Both the position numbers and the translations under genes were made by a program. Below are positions 26,308 to 35,170 of a stretch of 64,000 nt of DNA, piece by piece (within the stretch, counting starts at the first letter, position 1; each line of letters starts with the position of its first letter). The notes under the pieces were generated by a model that did not search any database, had not been told where the DNA came from, and was given only the letters and a program-made list of their open reading frames with translations. The stretch is taken from positions 1 to 64,000 of the IMG/VR virus record IMGVR_UViG_3300037423_000960. One strand, 5' to 3'. The stretch comes from a virus. Taxonomy: Duplodnaviria > Caudoviricetes.

Positions 26308-27341
26308 CTTGCGAGAGCTTTCCTCTGAGCCTTCACCTGCTTATCCATCAACCAGTTCACGCAGGCCAGTCGCAAGGATTCTGACTCACACGTTCGCAAG
26401 ATCTCCATGGCAAGATCTATGCGAACTTCTATAGGAGTATCTATGCCTGTGAGACTCTTCAGCTTGTATATCCTGTAAGCCTCGCAAATCGGTCTCACTA
26501 CGCGGCCGAGATAAGAACTCAATTTACCGACGGGAATCTCGCCTCCGTTGACGAATTCTGCTAGAATCTTCATATCGAGAGTGAGACCGTGTTCCGTTAG
26601 ACTGTAGTCTGCCTTCTGAGAGGCGAAGTTCTTAAACTCGTCCATGTGCTCCCAGCAGCGCTGGGAGGTCTCGTTCTCAAGGTAGAGGTGCATGTTCTTG
26701 GAGATCTGGTAGTAGGTGCCGACCTCGAGACCTGCGTGATAGGCGATGTACTCATGCAGAAGTGAGAAGTGAACGAGATTACTACCCATAGCTCCGTAGA
26801 CGAGGTCGTTGCTGCGATTAGTCACCGTCATGTCAAGAAGATAGCCGCCCTCTCTCGGACGGGTGTCGAACAAGACCTGCTGGTTGCAGGCGAAGTCACG
26901 TCCCTGATCCTTCACTAGCTCTTGGGAGTCCCAGATCTGAAGAACGATACGACGATCCTCTGGATTACTTCGTAGTTTCTGCACAACTCTCGCGAGTTGA
27001 TCGAAGTGGAAGTGTCTGCGCCAACGGAAGCCGTACGGAGCCGCGAAAGTCACTCCGTCGTCAGAGTAATTCTTCATGCCGCTGTTGTAGAGATTCAGAG
27101 GCGCTACGGTGTCTAGGCCGGCGAACATCCACATCGTCTCGAAGAGATGGAAGAAGTGATTCGCGTCCCGCACAGGATGGTCGAGAAGTCTCCTGCGAGG
27201 ATTGACGTACTCTAGACACACCGGCTTCGGGAACCGAATGACAGGACCGTTACGACTGTCGGTCTTGATTCCCTCCGACTTGAGAGCTTGCATCACACGA
27301 CCGAAGCCCTCGTTGGGGCAGTCTATCTCGAAGCTATACAT
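26304..27341 (-). CDS. Thymidylate-synthase-fold enzyme, probable dUMP hydroxymethylase
   Basis: RRIVLQIWD, FACN, RSNDLVYGAMGSN (Asn at the dUMP-specificity position), NMHLY; divergent from ThyA and set in a modification cluster. Confidence 0.8.
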   Translation of the reverse strand: MYSFEIDCPNEGFGRVMQALKSEGIKTDSRNGPVIRFPKPVCLEYVNPRRRLLDHPVRDANHFFHLFETMWMFAGLDTVAPLNLYNSGMKNYSDDGVTFAAPYGFRWRRHFHFDQLARVVQKLRSNPEDRRIVLQIWDSQELVKDQGRDFACNQQVLFDTRPREGGYLLDMTVTNRSNDLVYGAMGSNLVHFSLLHEYIAYHAGLEVGTYYQISKNMHLYLENETSQRCWEHMDEFKNFASQKADYSLTEHGLTLDMKILAEFVNGGEIPVGKLSSYLGRVVRPICEAYRIYKLKSLTGIDTPIEVRIDLAMEILRTCESESLRLACVNWLMDKQVKAQRKALAR

Positions 27342-27567
27342 TCTCAGTCTCTTCCTGATACATGCCGATGAGATTACCGTGTCCGTCTGACTGCCCGTCC
27401 AGATGATGGCGACCGCGAGAACACACGACGTAATACCCCTCGCGGTCTCTAAAGACCTTCCGCAGAGAGTTTTTCTTCATGCAGTCAAAGTCTCCGTCGA
27501 CGCGGATGTAGGAGCCTGCCTTGATCTCAGCCAGACGGGCGTACCTGCGACCTTGCTTATCTCTCAC
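27334..27567 (-). CDS. Small hypothetical protein
   Basis: 77-aa ORF coupled between the glycosyltransferase and TS-fold genes. Confidence 0.55.
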   Translation of the reverse strand: MRDKQGRRYARLAEIKAGSYIRVDGDFDCMKKNSLRKVFRDREGYYVVCSRGRHHLDGQSDGHGNLIGMYQEETENV

Positions 27568-28376
27568 GCACCCCTCCGGAAGCTAGGATTGATGAACTCA
27601 CGACCGCGGGTTTGGTACGCTTTCTTCCACTGGACGCGCACGTCCTTGCGTGTTCCCGAAAAGCCGCCGCTGCCCGTCTTGGGTGTCTTTTCTACGACTT
27701 TGACGACTTTCGGGTGGAGCTCCGCAAGACGCTCAGCCGCCGCCGCTTGAGTCTCGCTAGTTCGGTAGTGGCTGAAGCCTCCAGGAGCTCCTGATCCCTT
27801 GCACTGATCCCAGGCGGCATCCGTAATGACGGCGTTTTTCTCACCTTTCTCAAAAAGCGAAAGAACGACATGGTAGTCCTCCATCATGTCAACGTCGTCG
27901 TAGCGAATGCCGTAGTGCCGCAGCGCCTCAGGTAAGACGCAGTGGACCGCGTTCATGCGCTCCACAGTGAGCGTCGTAGCAGGATACGCCCAATTATTTC
28001 CCTGCCTAGGCGATAATCCTGAATGGACGTAATCGTTGTGAGCCACGAGAATATGAAGTCTCGAAAAGATACGCTCCACGTCGGCACCGGCGGGACGTAG
28101 ATTGTGCGCGGATGGATCCTTGCGAACGAAAAACGCTAGATCGTCGTCTAGCATGATGACCGGCTCACCCTGTCTAGCAAGCTCGTCGACAATCCATTGC
28201 CGCACCGCAGCCAGCCCTACCGGGGGCCGCGCCACTGCGTTTCGAGAGCGCTCGAGATGCTCGGTGACCTCCTCCGCGGGGCATACCAGCGTTGTGCATT
28301 GCCGCAGAGCCGGCGTCAGGTTGTCCCATGTAAATTGAGCGTTGACACGATCACGCGTCGGGATGAAGATCTGCAT
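27564..28376 (-). CDS. GT-A fold glycosyltransferase (TAGT / GREB1-like)
   Basis: IFIPTRDR, RQWI, IMLDDDL (DxD), EDYHVVLSL..G and GAPGG motifs. Confidence 0.75.
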   Translation of the reverse strand: MQIFIPTRDRVNAQFTWDNLTPALRQCTTLVCPAEEVTEHLERSRNAVARPPVGLAAVRQWIVDELARQGEPVIMLDDDLAFFVRKDPSAHNLRPAGADVERIFSRLHILVAHNDYVHSGLSPRQGNNWAYPATTLTVERMNAVHCVLPEALRHYGIRYDDVDMMEDYHVVLSLFEKGEKNAVITDAAWDQCKGSGAPGGFSHYRTSETQAAAAERLAELHPKVVKVVEKTPKTGSGGFSGTRKDVRVQWKKAYQTRGREFINPSFRRGA

Positions 28377-28641
28377 TCTTAATTCCTTCTATGCGAGTAA
28401 TGCCATGACGGTGAAGGACTACGACAACGTCTTCCTCCATGGCGTCTATCTCGATCTCGTAGCCGATCATCTCCACGTCAAGGCGCAGAATGGGAAATCT
28501 CGAGGCTCCCATGGAGAACTCGGCATCCGTGAGATGAAGTTTGTTGACGAATTTACCACTCTCGTCTCTACCGACGAGAAGCTCCCCGTCCCGTCCCTCG
28601 AGATGTATGTCGCGTTGTCCGGGGCCTAATCTGAGCTTCAC
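28351..28641 (-). CDS. Hypothetical protein
   Basis: GTG start with GGAGG RBS; 96 aa. Confidence 0.55.
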   Translation of the reverse strand: MKLRLGPGQRDIHLEGRDGELLVGRDESGKFVNKLHLTDAEFSMGASRFPILRLDVEMIGYEIEIDAMEEDVVVVLHRHGITRIEGIKNADLHPDA

Positions 28642-28683
28642 ACCTGCCTCCTGCTGAGTAGCTATCTTATAGCAAGCCGTTTC

Positions 28684-29577
28684 TCAGGGGACTATAGGCT
28701 TTGCCTTACGCCAGTCGTAGCCGGAGCGTGGACGACCCTCGCCATTCTTCACACGGAGATACTTGTCCAGTTCGCACAGAGAGAACTGAACATCGGTGAC
28801 TCCGTAGTGAACACCAATCTCAGGCATGTAGTCCTTGAACGCACGATCCATGCTGAGACGACCGAGAAGAGCCTGCATCTTGTGCTGAGCCCTCTGCTGA
28901 GGCATCCCGGCCTGCGTCGGACGATCGTGAAGACGATTGAGACCGCGGATAGCTCCGGGGCCAGCCGGTGACCACGTCAGCTTGTCGGTAGCATTCTCGA
29001 GCACAGGCGTCAGCATCATGTCCAGTGCGATCTCCTTCGCCATGAAGGGACCAATTCCGGGCATTCCCTGCAAGAGCTCACAGACCTCCTGCCACCGATT
29101 CGTGCGCTCAGCCATGCCGATGACAGAGTCCAGACGCATCCGAAACGGAGTGAGAAACTGCGACACGACGACGATCTGCTTAGGATCTGTGCTGCCCGCG
29201 TTCGTTATGATGTACGCTCCGGTGAAGACTTTCTTCCCGGCAGCGAGACGCTCGCCGGCGCGACGTATGAGAAAATCTGGGTTCCACTCGTATTGAAAAC
29301 CAACGTCTTCTAGAAACTCAATGCTGCCGAAGTAACGCGCGATGGCACAGTTGAGTGCCATGACTTGTTTCGGAACATTTCCACGATTAGGATTATACCA
29401 ATTCCGGATCAGCCACTGCGTAGTGCGATCGTGCTTGCGGAGAATATTTGTGAACTTGTAGCGCGAGAGAATTGGATCTGTGGTCCAGGGACCTGGCTCA
29501 CCTGCAACTCTCTTCTGCCGGATAGCTTCGCGCTCGTTCAGGTAGTGAACGAAAGTCTCGTAGATCTCTTGGTTCAT
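28684..29577 (-). CDS. aGPT-Pplase1 / 5-hmdU-DNA-kinase helical-domain family protein (HhH-glycosylase-like fold)
   Basis: EREAIRQKR..G..GPWTTDPIL..YKFTNI.R..DR, GPGAIRGL and LCELDKYLR...GRPR motifs; no Walker A seen. Confidence 0.82.
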   Translation of the reverse strand: MNQEIYETFVHYLNEREAIRQKRVAGEPGPWTTDPILSRYKFTNILRKHDRTTQWLIRNWYNPNRGNVPKQVMALNCAIARYFGSIEFLEDVGFQYEWNPDFLIRRAGERLAAGKKVFTGAYIITNAGSTDPKQIVVVSQFLTPFRMRLDSVIGMAERTNRWQEVCELLQGMPGIGPFMAKEIALDMMLTPVLENATDKLTWSPAGPGAIRGLNRLHDRPTQAGMPQQRAQHKMQALLGRLSMDRAFKDYMPEIGVHYGVTDVQFSLCELDKYLRVKNGEGRPRSGYDWRKAKPIVP

Positions 29578-29597
29578 GGCGGCTCTCCGCTGAGGAC

Positions 29598-29633
29598 GAA
29601 GAAAAGGGCGGACGCCTCACGACGCCCGCCCTT
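29598..29633 (-). terminator. Intrinsic terminator
   Basis: 13-bp stem (two G-U pairs) with a GTGA loop, followed by TTCTTC on the minus strand. Confidence 0.75.
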
Positions 29634-29657
29634 CTGTAAGGACAGAGGCGTCGAGTA

Positions 29658-30305
29658 TTACTCGACCATGCCACCGTCGCTCCCGGTCGCCGCGGTCGGC
29701 TCACCGGTGTCCTGCGACTCCGCTTCCTGCAGACGACTGAAGCCAGCCTGCGTCAGGAAGACGTAGATGCTGTCCTCGCGCGACTCGGTGCGGACGAGAC
29801 CGTCCTTCTCGAGCTTGTCGATCTGCTTCTCGACCGTCTTGGTCTTCTTCCCGGTCTCCGTGACGAAGTCCTGGACGGTGATCTGCGTGTTGTCGATGTC
29901 GCCGGCGTCCGAGACTTCCCCGCGCTCACGGATGAAGTTCAGCGCGTCGAGCTCCGCCTGCTGAGCCTTGGTCAGCTTCTTGGGCTTGCTGGCCTTGGCC
30001 TTCGGCTCCGGAGCCGCGATCGAGCTGTACTCCTCAGCCTTGTCCGCCTCGTTGACCAGATGACCGTAGCGCTGAACTGCGTCGCGAACATAGGCACGGA
30101 TGTACGAGGGTCCGTAGCCCTGCGACTTCTTCGGCGAGAAGTTCTCGAGGAGATGCTTCTCCAGATCGGCGTAGCTGACGCCGTCGCCGCCGGGAGCGCC
30201 GCCGAGTTCGTTCGCTGCCTGACGCATCGCGTCGACGACAGTGCCTGCACGGACAGCCGTGGGACCGACCCACAGCTTCTTTTCGGTATCCAATTTCGTA
30301 GACAT
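29658..30305 (-). CDS. Putative abundant DNA-binding protein with two winged-helix-like domains and a Lys/Ala/Pro linker
   Basis: C-terminal TVEKQIDKLEKDGLVRTE...VFLTQAG MarR-like pattern; APEPKAKASKPKK linker; GC3-rich codons; own terminator. Confidence 0.6.
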   Translation of the reverse strand: MSTKLDTEKKLWVGPTAVRAGTVVDAMRQAANELGGAPGGDGVSYADLEKHLLENFSPKKSQGYGPSYIRAYVRDAVQRYGHLVNEADKAEEYSSIAAPEPKAKASKPKKLTKAQQAELDALNFIRERGEVSDAGDIDNTQITVQDFVTETGKKTKTVEKQIDKLEKDGLVRTESREDSIYVFLTQAGFSRLQEAESQDTGEPTAATGSDGGMVE

Positions 30306-30333
30306 GACTTCTTGATGCTCCTTCTAGCAGGGA

Positions 30334-31197
30334 CTAGAACGCCTGCTCGTCTCCGGGCTCGTCGTCGGGATGCTCCATGTCACCCTTGACTTCGCCGGCA
30401 TCGATCCGCTTACGCAGCTCGCTGGCGGCAGTGAAAATCTCGCGCCCGTTTGCGAGATCCTTCACCTTCGGCCCCTCCTCGATGAGGAACCCGTACCACG
30501 AACCCTTGTCGTTGGACTCTGGAATCGTGGTAATCTTGTACGAGTAGAACCACATCGCAGGACGGAAGAGAGTCCCGGCCTTGGCGTGGCCTACCGGAAA
30601 TCGCTCCATGCGATTGTTGATCGTGGTTGCCCACCCGCGACCCTTGCGAGCCTGAACCCCAGAGAAGTTCAGAACCGCTGCCTCCCATTCCTGCGTCTCC
30701 GGATTCACCAGGACGACGAAGTACTGAAGAGCATCGGTGAGCTCATTGCCCTGCTCGTCGTAGCGCTTACCCTTGTCGTCCGGCGTCGCCGCGTTGAACT
30801 TCGAGGGATCGTCACCCATGTCGTAGGCAGGACCGGCGTTATTCGGTCGCCACGCCATGTATCGGTGACTAAAGCCGACCGGAACGGCGAGAAAACCCGT
30901 CTCGCCGTTGATGAGCTTCCGCGTCGCAGAGTTGACGAACATGCCCTGACCGGCGTTAGGAAGAAACTTAGCGTGACCACGCTGAAGCTCCTTCGAGAGC
31001 GCTTGCAGGATGCGGACATACGGGATGAGAAAGTCGGACTGCTGGAAATCGTCCAGACCCGCACCGGCTTCTGCGAAGAAGTCGTCGTCCGCCGCAACCA
31101 AATCGGTTGACTCGTTCTTGGTCGTTGTGAGATTGGTACCGCCAGCCGCAGGTGCCTCACTCTTTTCTTCTTCAGCTTTCTTCTTTGCTTCGGCCAT
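30334..31197 (-). CDS. Probable single-stranded DNA-binding protein
   Basis: SDFLIPYVRILQALS motif, acidic C-terminus ending in F, replication-cluster position. Confidence 0.6.
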   Translation of the reverse strand: MAEAKKKAEEEKSEAPAAGGTNLTTTKNESTDLVAADDDFFAEAGAGLDDFQQSDFLIPYVRILQALSKELQRGHAKFLPNAGQGMFVNSATRKLINGETGFLAVPVGFSHRYMAWRPNNAGPAYDMGDDPSKFNAATPDDKGKRYDEQGNELTDALQYFVVLVNPETQEWEAAVLNFSGVQARKGRGWATTINNRMERFPVGHAKAGTLFRPAMWFYSYKITTIPESNDKGSWYGFLIEEGPKVKDLANGREIFTAASELRKRIDAGEVKGDMEHPDDEPGDEQAF

Positions 31198-31237
31198 TAG
31201 GCTCTCCTCTGTTCACTGGCTTGCCACCAGACGCTTC

Positions 31238-31265
31238 ACTATAAGCGCGTTAACTCACAACGCAA
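31238..31265 (-). promoter_or_regulatory. Sigma70-type promoter TTGCGT-N16-TATAGT
   Basis: Intergenic, with AT-rich upstream sequence, preceding the SSB-like gene. Confidence 0.55.
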
Positions 31266-31297
31266 GGGATATTTTACTCTAGAATAACTCGGCAGAC

Positions 31298-31864
31298 TTA
31301 CTTAATGACTGCCTTATCGCCAAACCAGACTCCCCACTTCTCAAGTGGGAGCATGACGCCATTCTGAATCTGCTCGCGCGCGAATGCCATAAAGGTTTGA
31401 GGGTGCACGTCCAGCTTGATGGTAGGGTCGAAGCCCATCTTGGCGAGCGTTTCACGTGCTAACTCGGCCTGCTTCGTGTCACCCTTGCTGAACTGAAGGG
31501 CTAGATTACGCTTGATAATATCGCTATGTCCGTGCGAGTCGAGCCACTCGTAGGCTTGCTCCTTGGACTGTGGCGGAATTGATCCGACGACGTATTTGGT
31601 TGAGACCTTGAGACCCTCCAGCGTAGTGATCTCGCGGACGCCTGCCTGCTTCAGCAACTCGGGCAACTTCTGTGTCTCTATCTCGACCTTCCGGCGAGTG
31701 AGATCTTTGATTTTATTCTGTAGCTCGGCGATGTCTCCCTCGAGAAGACGATACTCTCTCGCGAGATTGGTAATATGAGCCTTAAAGCGCTCAGAGCCGG
31801 TACTGGTGTCGGCCTCCTCGAAGAAGTCTACGTCACTCTGCTCCGTCTGCGTCTCTTCGACCAT
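31298..31864 (-). CDS. Conserved phage replication-module protein
   Basis: Coiled coil then LPELL..AGV..ITT..G, WL..HGH.DIIK and VHPQT motifs. Confidence 0.7.
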   Translation of the reverse strand: MVEETQTEQSDVDFFEEADTSTGSERFKAHITNLAREYRLLEGDIAELQNKIKDLTRRKVEIETQKLPELLKQAGVREITTLEGLKVSTKYVVGSIPPQSKEQAYEWLDSHGHSDIIKRNLALQFSKGDTKQAELARETLAKMGFDPTIKLDVHPQTFMAFAREQIQNGVMLPLEKWGVWFGDKAVIK

Positions 31865-32223
31865 TAGTCTTGTTCCTCTTCCAGCCTGACTTCTACGGGA
31901 GAATAGAAACCCGTTACGGGTTCTCCATGCTTTGTATTGCGGTTTTTCTCAAAGCGCAAGTAGCGGAACTTCGTGATACCTAGGTCAAGCATCACCATGC
32001 CGGTCACAATGGCGCTGAGAGGATCTCCACCCGCCCAGACGATGAAGTCCGTTCGGGGATCAAACTCCGAGAGTGCTCTCCTGAGACGCTCTATGGAGAG
32101 CTCAGGATTAGCCGAGGTCCGATCTCCAGCAGAGAGCACAAAGCGGATCTCGCCATATACGGCGGCGGGGCTGACGTCGGGCTGAAACCGGACGGCCTGT
32201 AGGACAAAGACCTTACTCGTCAT
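31864..32223 (-). CDS. Conserved hypothetical alpha/beta protein
   Basis: ATG at 32223; YGEIRFV...DFIVWAGGDP motif. Confidence 0.65.
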   Translation of the reverse strand: MTSKVFVLQAVRFQPDVSPAAVYGEIRFVLSAGDRTSANPELSIERLRRALSEFDPRTDFIVWAGGDPLSAIVTGMVMLDLGITKFRYLRFEKNRNTKHGEPVTGFYSPVEVRLEEEQD

Positions 32224-33949
32224 CGGCAAAGAGATCCCTTATGTCAATTAGATTCTCGGCGATCGCGCCCTTGGACTTGAGTACCTTGTCGATTCTCTCG
32301 TCCACCGAGCGCGGGGTGATAAGATAGTGATAGTTCACGGGAAAGTGTTGTCCGATGCGATGGCATCTGTCGTTGGCTTGCAGTTCGTTCTCAAGGGAGA
32401 AGTCTCGGCTGTACCAAATGACCTCGCTGGCGACAGTCAGGTTGAGACCAATACCCCCGGACTTAGGAGTGGAGAGAAAGACCTTGATATTGTCGTCTGT
32501 CTGAAACTTCTTAAGATTCGTCAACTTGTCTTTGGTCCGACCAACGTAGTCTATCCAGGAGATGCCAGCCTCGGTTAGTGCCTTGCTCAGAAGACGATAG
32601 TCACCCTCGAACTTAATCCAGACGATAACCTTCCCGCGAGCTTCCTTGATAATCTCTACGGTGCGCTCCACTCGACGATTCGGGAACTCCTGATACAGTT
32701 CAGGATCAACTATCTTTCCGTTCTCGTCCTTCTTCGCTCTCTTGTGGATGAACCCACCTATGAGTTGCTGAAGACGAATGAGACGAGTGATGGCGAGACG
32801 CGCGGTGAGAATACCGGCGTCAAGGTCGAGGAAGAAGTCCTTCTTCATCTGAGCATATACGCGACTCTGCTCTTCAGTGAACGGAACTTCTACACGAATG
32901 AAGTTCTTGGCAGGAAGATCCAGGCAATCCTCCTTGAGAACTCGGTACGTGTACGAGTCGATCTTGCGTTTAAGTTCTTCCTCATTTACGTAACCGACGA
33001 TCTTCTTGTTCTGAAAACCGCCCATGCGACAGAAGTGATTCCGGAAGGCGTAGAAACTGCTGTAGCCCAGGATATGAGGGTCCAGGAAGTAGAACTGTGA
33101 ATAAAGATCCTCCACGCCCTGGGAGATTGGAGTTCCTGTGAGAATGCGTCGATACTTGGCTAGCTTACCTAGCTTCAGAAGAGTCTTAGTTCTCTTTGAG
33201 CTGGAGTCTTTTATGCGGCTACTCTCGTCCACGACCAGCATGGCTCTAGAAGAGAGAAGAAGCTCTTGCAGGAGCTCCTCACCGCTCTTGTGACTCATCA
33301 TGTCGATGTGGATTGCAATGATCCTGAGACCATCCTTAAAATACCGCGCTTTGGACAGTCGGAGAGCCTCTTCATGGGTTGGGGCTGCAACGGTGTACCC
33401 GCCCGCCCAAGGCACAGAGGGGCTTAAATGTTCCGGAACTTGTTCGTTTATCCACTGAGCATGGACGCCGTTGGGGGCGACGATCAATAACGTGTCGATC
33501 TTGCCGTTCTCACCACCGTTGAGAAAAATGTCGGCGGCGTCGTCCAACAGGGTCTTGGTCTTTCCGGTGCCCTGCTCCATGAAGTACCCGAAGGCGATCT
33601 TCCCTCTGGCGAGAATGTTAGCCTTGAGTTGATGCTGATAGGGCTTGTGCTTATACGGGAACTCGAAGCCAACAGGCTCAATCCACTTTGCGTTACGAGT
33701 CTCACGCTCCTGCTCGCGCATACGCCGAAATTGTTCCACCAGTGTAGCAGCGGGGCCGCGCCAAGTGACGCCCTCTAGACGCGTGTCGAGGAACTCTAGA
33801 TTGCTCCTCGAAAGCTCAATGAAAGGCTTACCCTGTACGTACCGCTTGCGGCCTGGAAGCTCTGAGAGAGCGTTAAAGACGTGCGGTGGAACCCGACCGT
33901 CTAGCCACGCTTTCTTCTCGTCTGACTCAAAGACAACTTGTATCGTCAC
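32213..33949 (-). CDS. SNF2-family (SF2) helicase
   Basis: FMEQGTGKT, VVDESS, LTGTP, GGIGLNL and QANDRCHRIGQ motifs; GTG at 33949 overlaps the upstream TGA. Confidence 0.9.
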   Translation of the reverse strand: MTIQVVFESDEKKAWLDGRVPPHVFNALSELPGRKRYVQGKPFIELSRSNLEFLDTRLEGVTWRGPAATLVEQFRRMREQERETRNAKWIEPVGFEFPYKHKPYQHQLKANILARGKIAFGYFMEQGTGKTKTLLDDAADIFLNGGENGKIDTLLIVAPNGVHAQWINEQVPEHLSPSVPWAGGYTVAAPTHEEALRLSKARYFKDGLRIIAIHIDMMSHKSGEELLQELLLSSRAMLVVDESSRIKDSSSKRTKTLLKLGKLAKYRRILTGTPISQGVEDLYSQFYFLDPHILGYSSFYAFRNHFCRMGGFQNKKIVGYVNEEELKRKIDSYTYRVLKEDCLDLPAKNFIRVEVPFTEEQSRVYAQMKKDFFLDLDAGILTARLAITRLIRLQQLIGGFIHKRAKKDENGKIVDPELYQEFPNRRVERTVEIIKEARGKVIVWIKFEGDYRLLSKALTEAGISWIDYVGRTKDKLTNLKKFQTDDNIKVFLSTPKSGGIGLNLTVASEVIWYSRDFSLENELQANDRCHRIGQHFPVNYHYLITPRSVDERIDKVLKSKGAIAENLIDIRDLFADDE

Positions 33950-34767
33950 CCTATCCCGATGCTTTCTAGCATCCACGCGACACTGTGCGTATTGTAGGAA
34001 TCAAAGGAGATTAACCTACCGTCGCTGATGGTGCAGTATAGAATATTCTTTTGAAGTCTTTTCGTATCTTCTACGTCCAGGCAGGCGAAGAATTCTCGGG
34101 CTGCTCCACGCCAGTAGTTGAAGTCGTAGACGTAGTCGTACATTTCATTCTTACTGAGAAAGTCCAGCTTGACGTTCGCCGCCACGATGGGAGGCTGTGG
34201 GTCTACGATGAGAGTTCCACGATCAGTACGCTGCCGGACAGAGTTGTCTGCGAACGTAAACTGAGAACCGTACTGCCAGCCGGTACTCGGCACGAACTTC
34301 GTTCCGACAAACAGACGACCGATACTCGGAAAGAGTCCAGCTACCTGTGAGTTAACGGTGAGGCGCAGATACTGATAGGAAACCGGCGTCGCCAGATTCA
34401 GCAACGAAGAGTTATGCCGAAGCATATTGATCTTATTCTGCGTAGTCTGACCTGCGACTACGTGAGCCAGAGCGGTGCTGTTGTAGAGCGTGGCCCATGC
34501 AGTTCCGTTCGTACTACCCTCGATGAGAAGCGTTGCCGCGTCTGTAAGGTTCGTGTAGACGAGAGAGACCATGTCAAAGGTCACGCTCGCGCCGAAATTC
34601 CACGTGATGACGGTGGAAGTCGTCGTCGCAGCGAAAACCTGAGTAGGATCGAACGTCAGGATATTCGCGATCGGGAAGTTCGGGTCAGCATTCGTCGCCG
34701 TGGGAACGGTCGTGACCTTGGCATAATCCGGATGCTGGTCGATCGGAGCTGCGAAAAAGATGCTCAT
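33946..34767 (-). CDS. Putative minor tail protein (distal-tail-like)
   Basis: Beta-rich; YQYLRLTV...IGRLFVGTKF.PS..WQYG pattern of siphophage tail-tip genes. Confidence 0.6.
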   Translation of the reverse strand: MSIFFAAPIDQHPDYAKVTTVPTATNADPNFPIANILTFDPTQVFAATTTSTVITWNFGASVTFDMVSLVYTNLTDAATLLIEGSTNGTAWATLYNSTALAHVVAGQTTQNKINMLRHNSSLLNLATPVSYQYLRLTVNSQVAGLFPSIGRLFVGTKFVPSTGWQYGSQFTFADNSVRQRTDRGTLIVDPQPPIVAANVKLDFLSKNEMYDYVYDFNYWRGAAREFFACLDVEDTKRLQKNILYCTISDGRLISFDSYNTHSVAWMLESIGIG

Positions 34768-35133
34768 CTACTGAGGCCCGAATAAAGTGAGCTCGTCAAA
34801 CAGAGCGTTGGAGTCTGTGCGAACTCTCTTGATGATGAAGTTCTTTCCGTTGTTGAAGCCGTAGCGCGGATATTTGACCGTGATAGTCGTTCCGACCTCG
34901 AACGGTGCGTAATTCCTCTTTGCGACGAAGCAAGCCCACGTCCAGCGATCTAACTTTCGTAGGCTCAGAATCTGGTTGCCGAGCGCTGTAGCATCGGTTA
35001 CGTTCTGAGTTAAACTGGAATATTCCATCTCCTGCGCGAGAGGATGCTTTGTCTGAACAGACAAATCCTCGATCGCCGGAGTTGTGCGAACAGGTTGTTG
35101 CGCGAACGCGATGCGGGCTACATCAATCGTCAT
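34768..35133 (-). CDS. Putative tail-tip associated protein
   Basis: FEVGTTITVKYPRYGF..GK.F pattern. Confidence 0.5.
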   Translation of the reverse strand: MTIDVARIAFAQQPVRTTPAIEDLSVQTKHPLAQEMEYSSLTQNVTDATALGNQILSLRKLDRWTWACFVAKRNYAPFEVGTTITVKYPRYGFNNGKNFIIKRVRTDSNALFDELTLFGPQ

Positions 35134-35170
35134 TTCAGAGTGATGCCTCCCGCATCGCAGAGATCACAGG

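Noticed and set aside
26304-27341. dCMP hydroxymethylase (T4-like 5hmC pathway) as the role of the TS-fold gene
   Set aside because: The specificity residue aligns as Asn (dUMP type) rather than Asp, and the neighbouring aGPT-Pplase1 family is tied to thymidine modification; the alignment was by eye, so this is not fully excluded.
28342-28629. 95-aa plus-strand ORF inside the modification cluster
   Set aside because: The opposite-strand ORF 28351-28641 has a GGAGG RBS and matches the operon direction.
30370-31110. Long plus-strand ORFs opposite minus-strand genes (also 12196-12774, 21806-22255, 57987-58658, 59399-59956, 62007-62855)
   Set aside because: These are antisense shadows produced by GC3-rich codon usage in the real genes; they have no RBS or domain support.
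31244-31256. Possible CtrA box (TTAAC half-site) in the SSB-gene promoter
   Set aside because: Only one half-site matches TTAA-N7-TTAA, so it is not distinguishable from chance.
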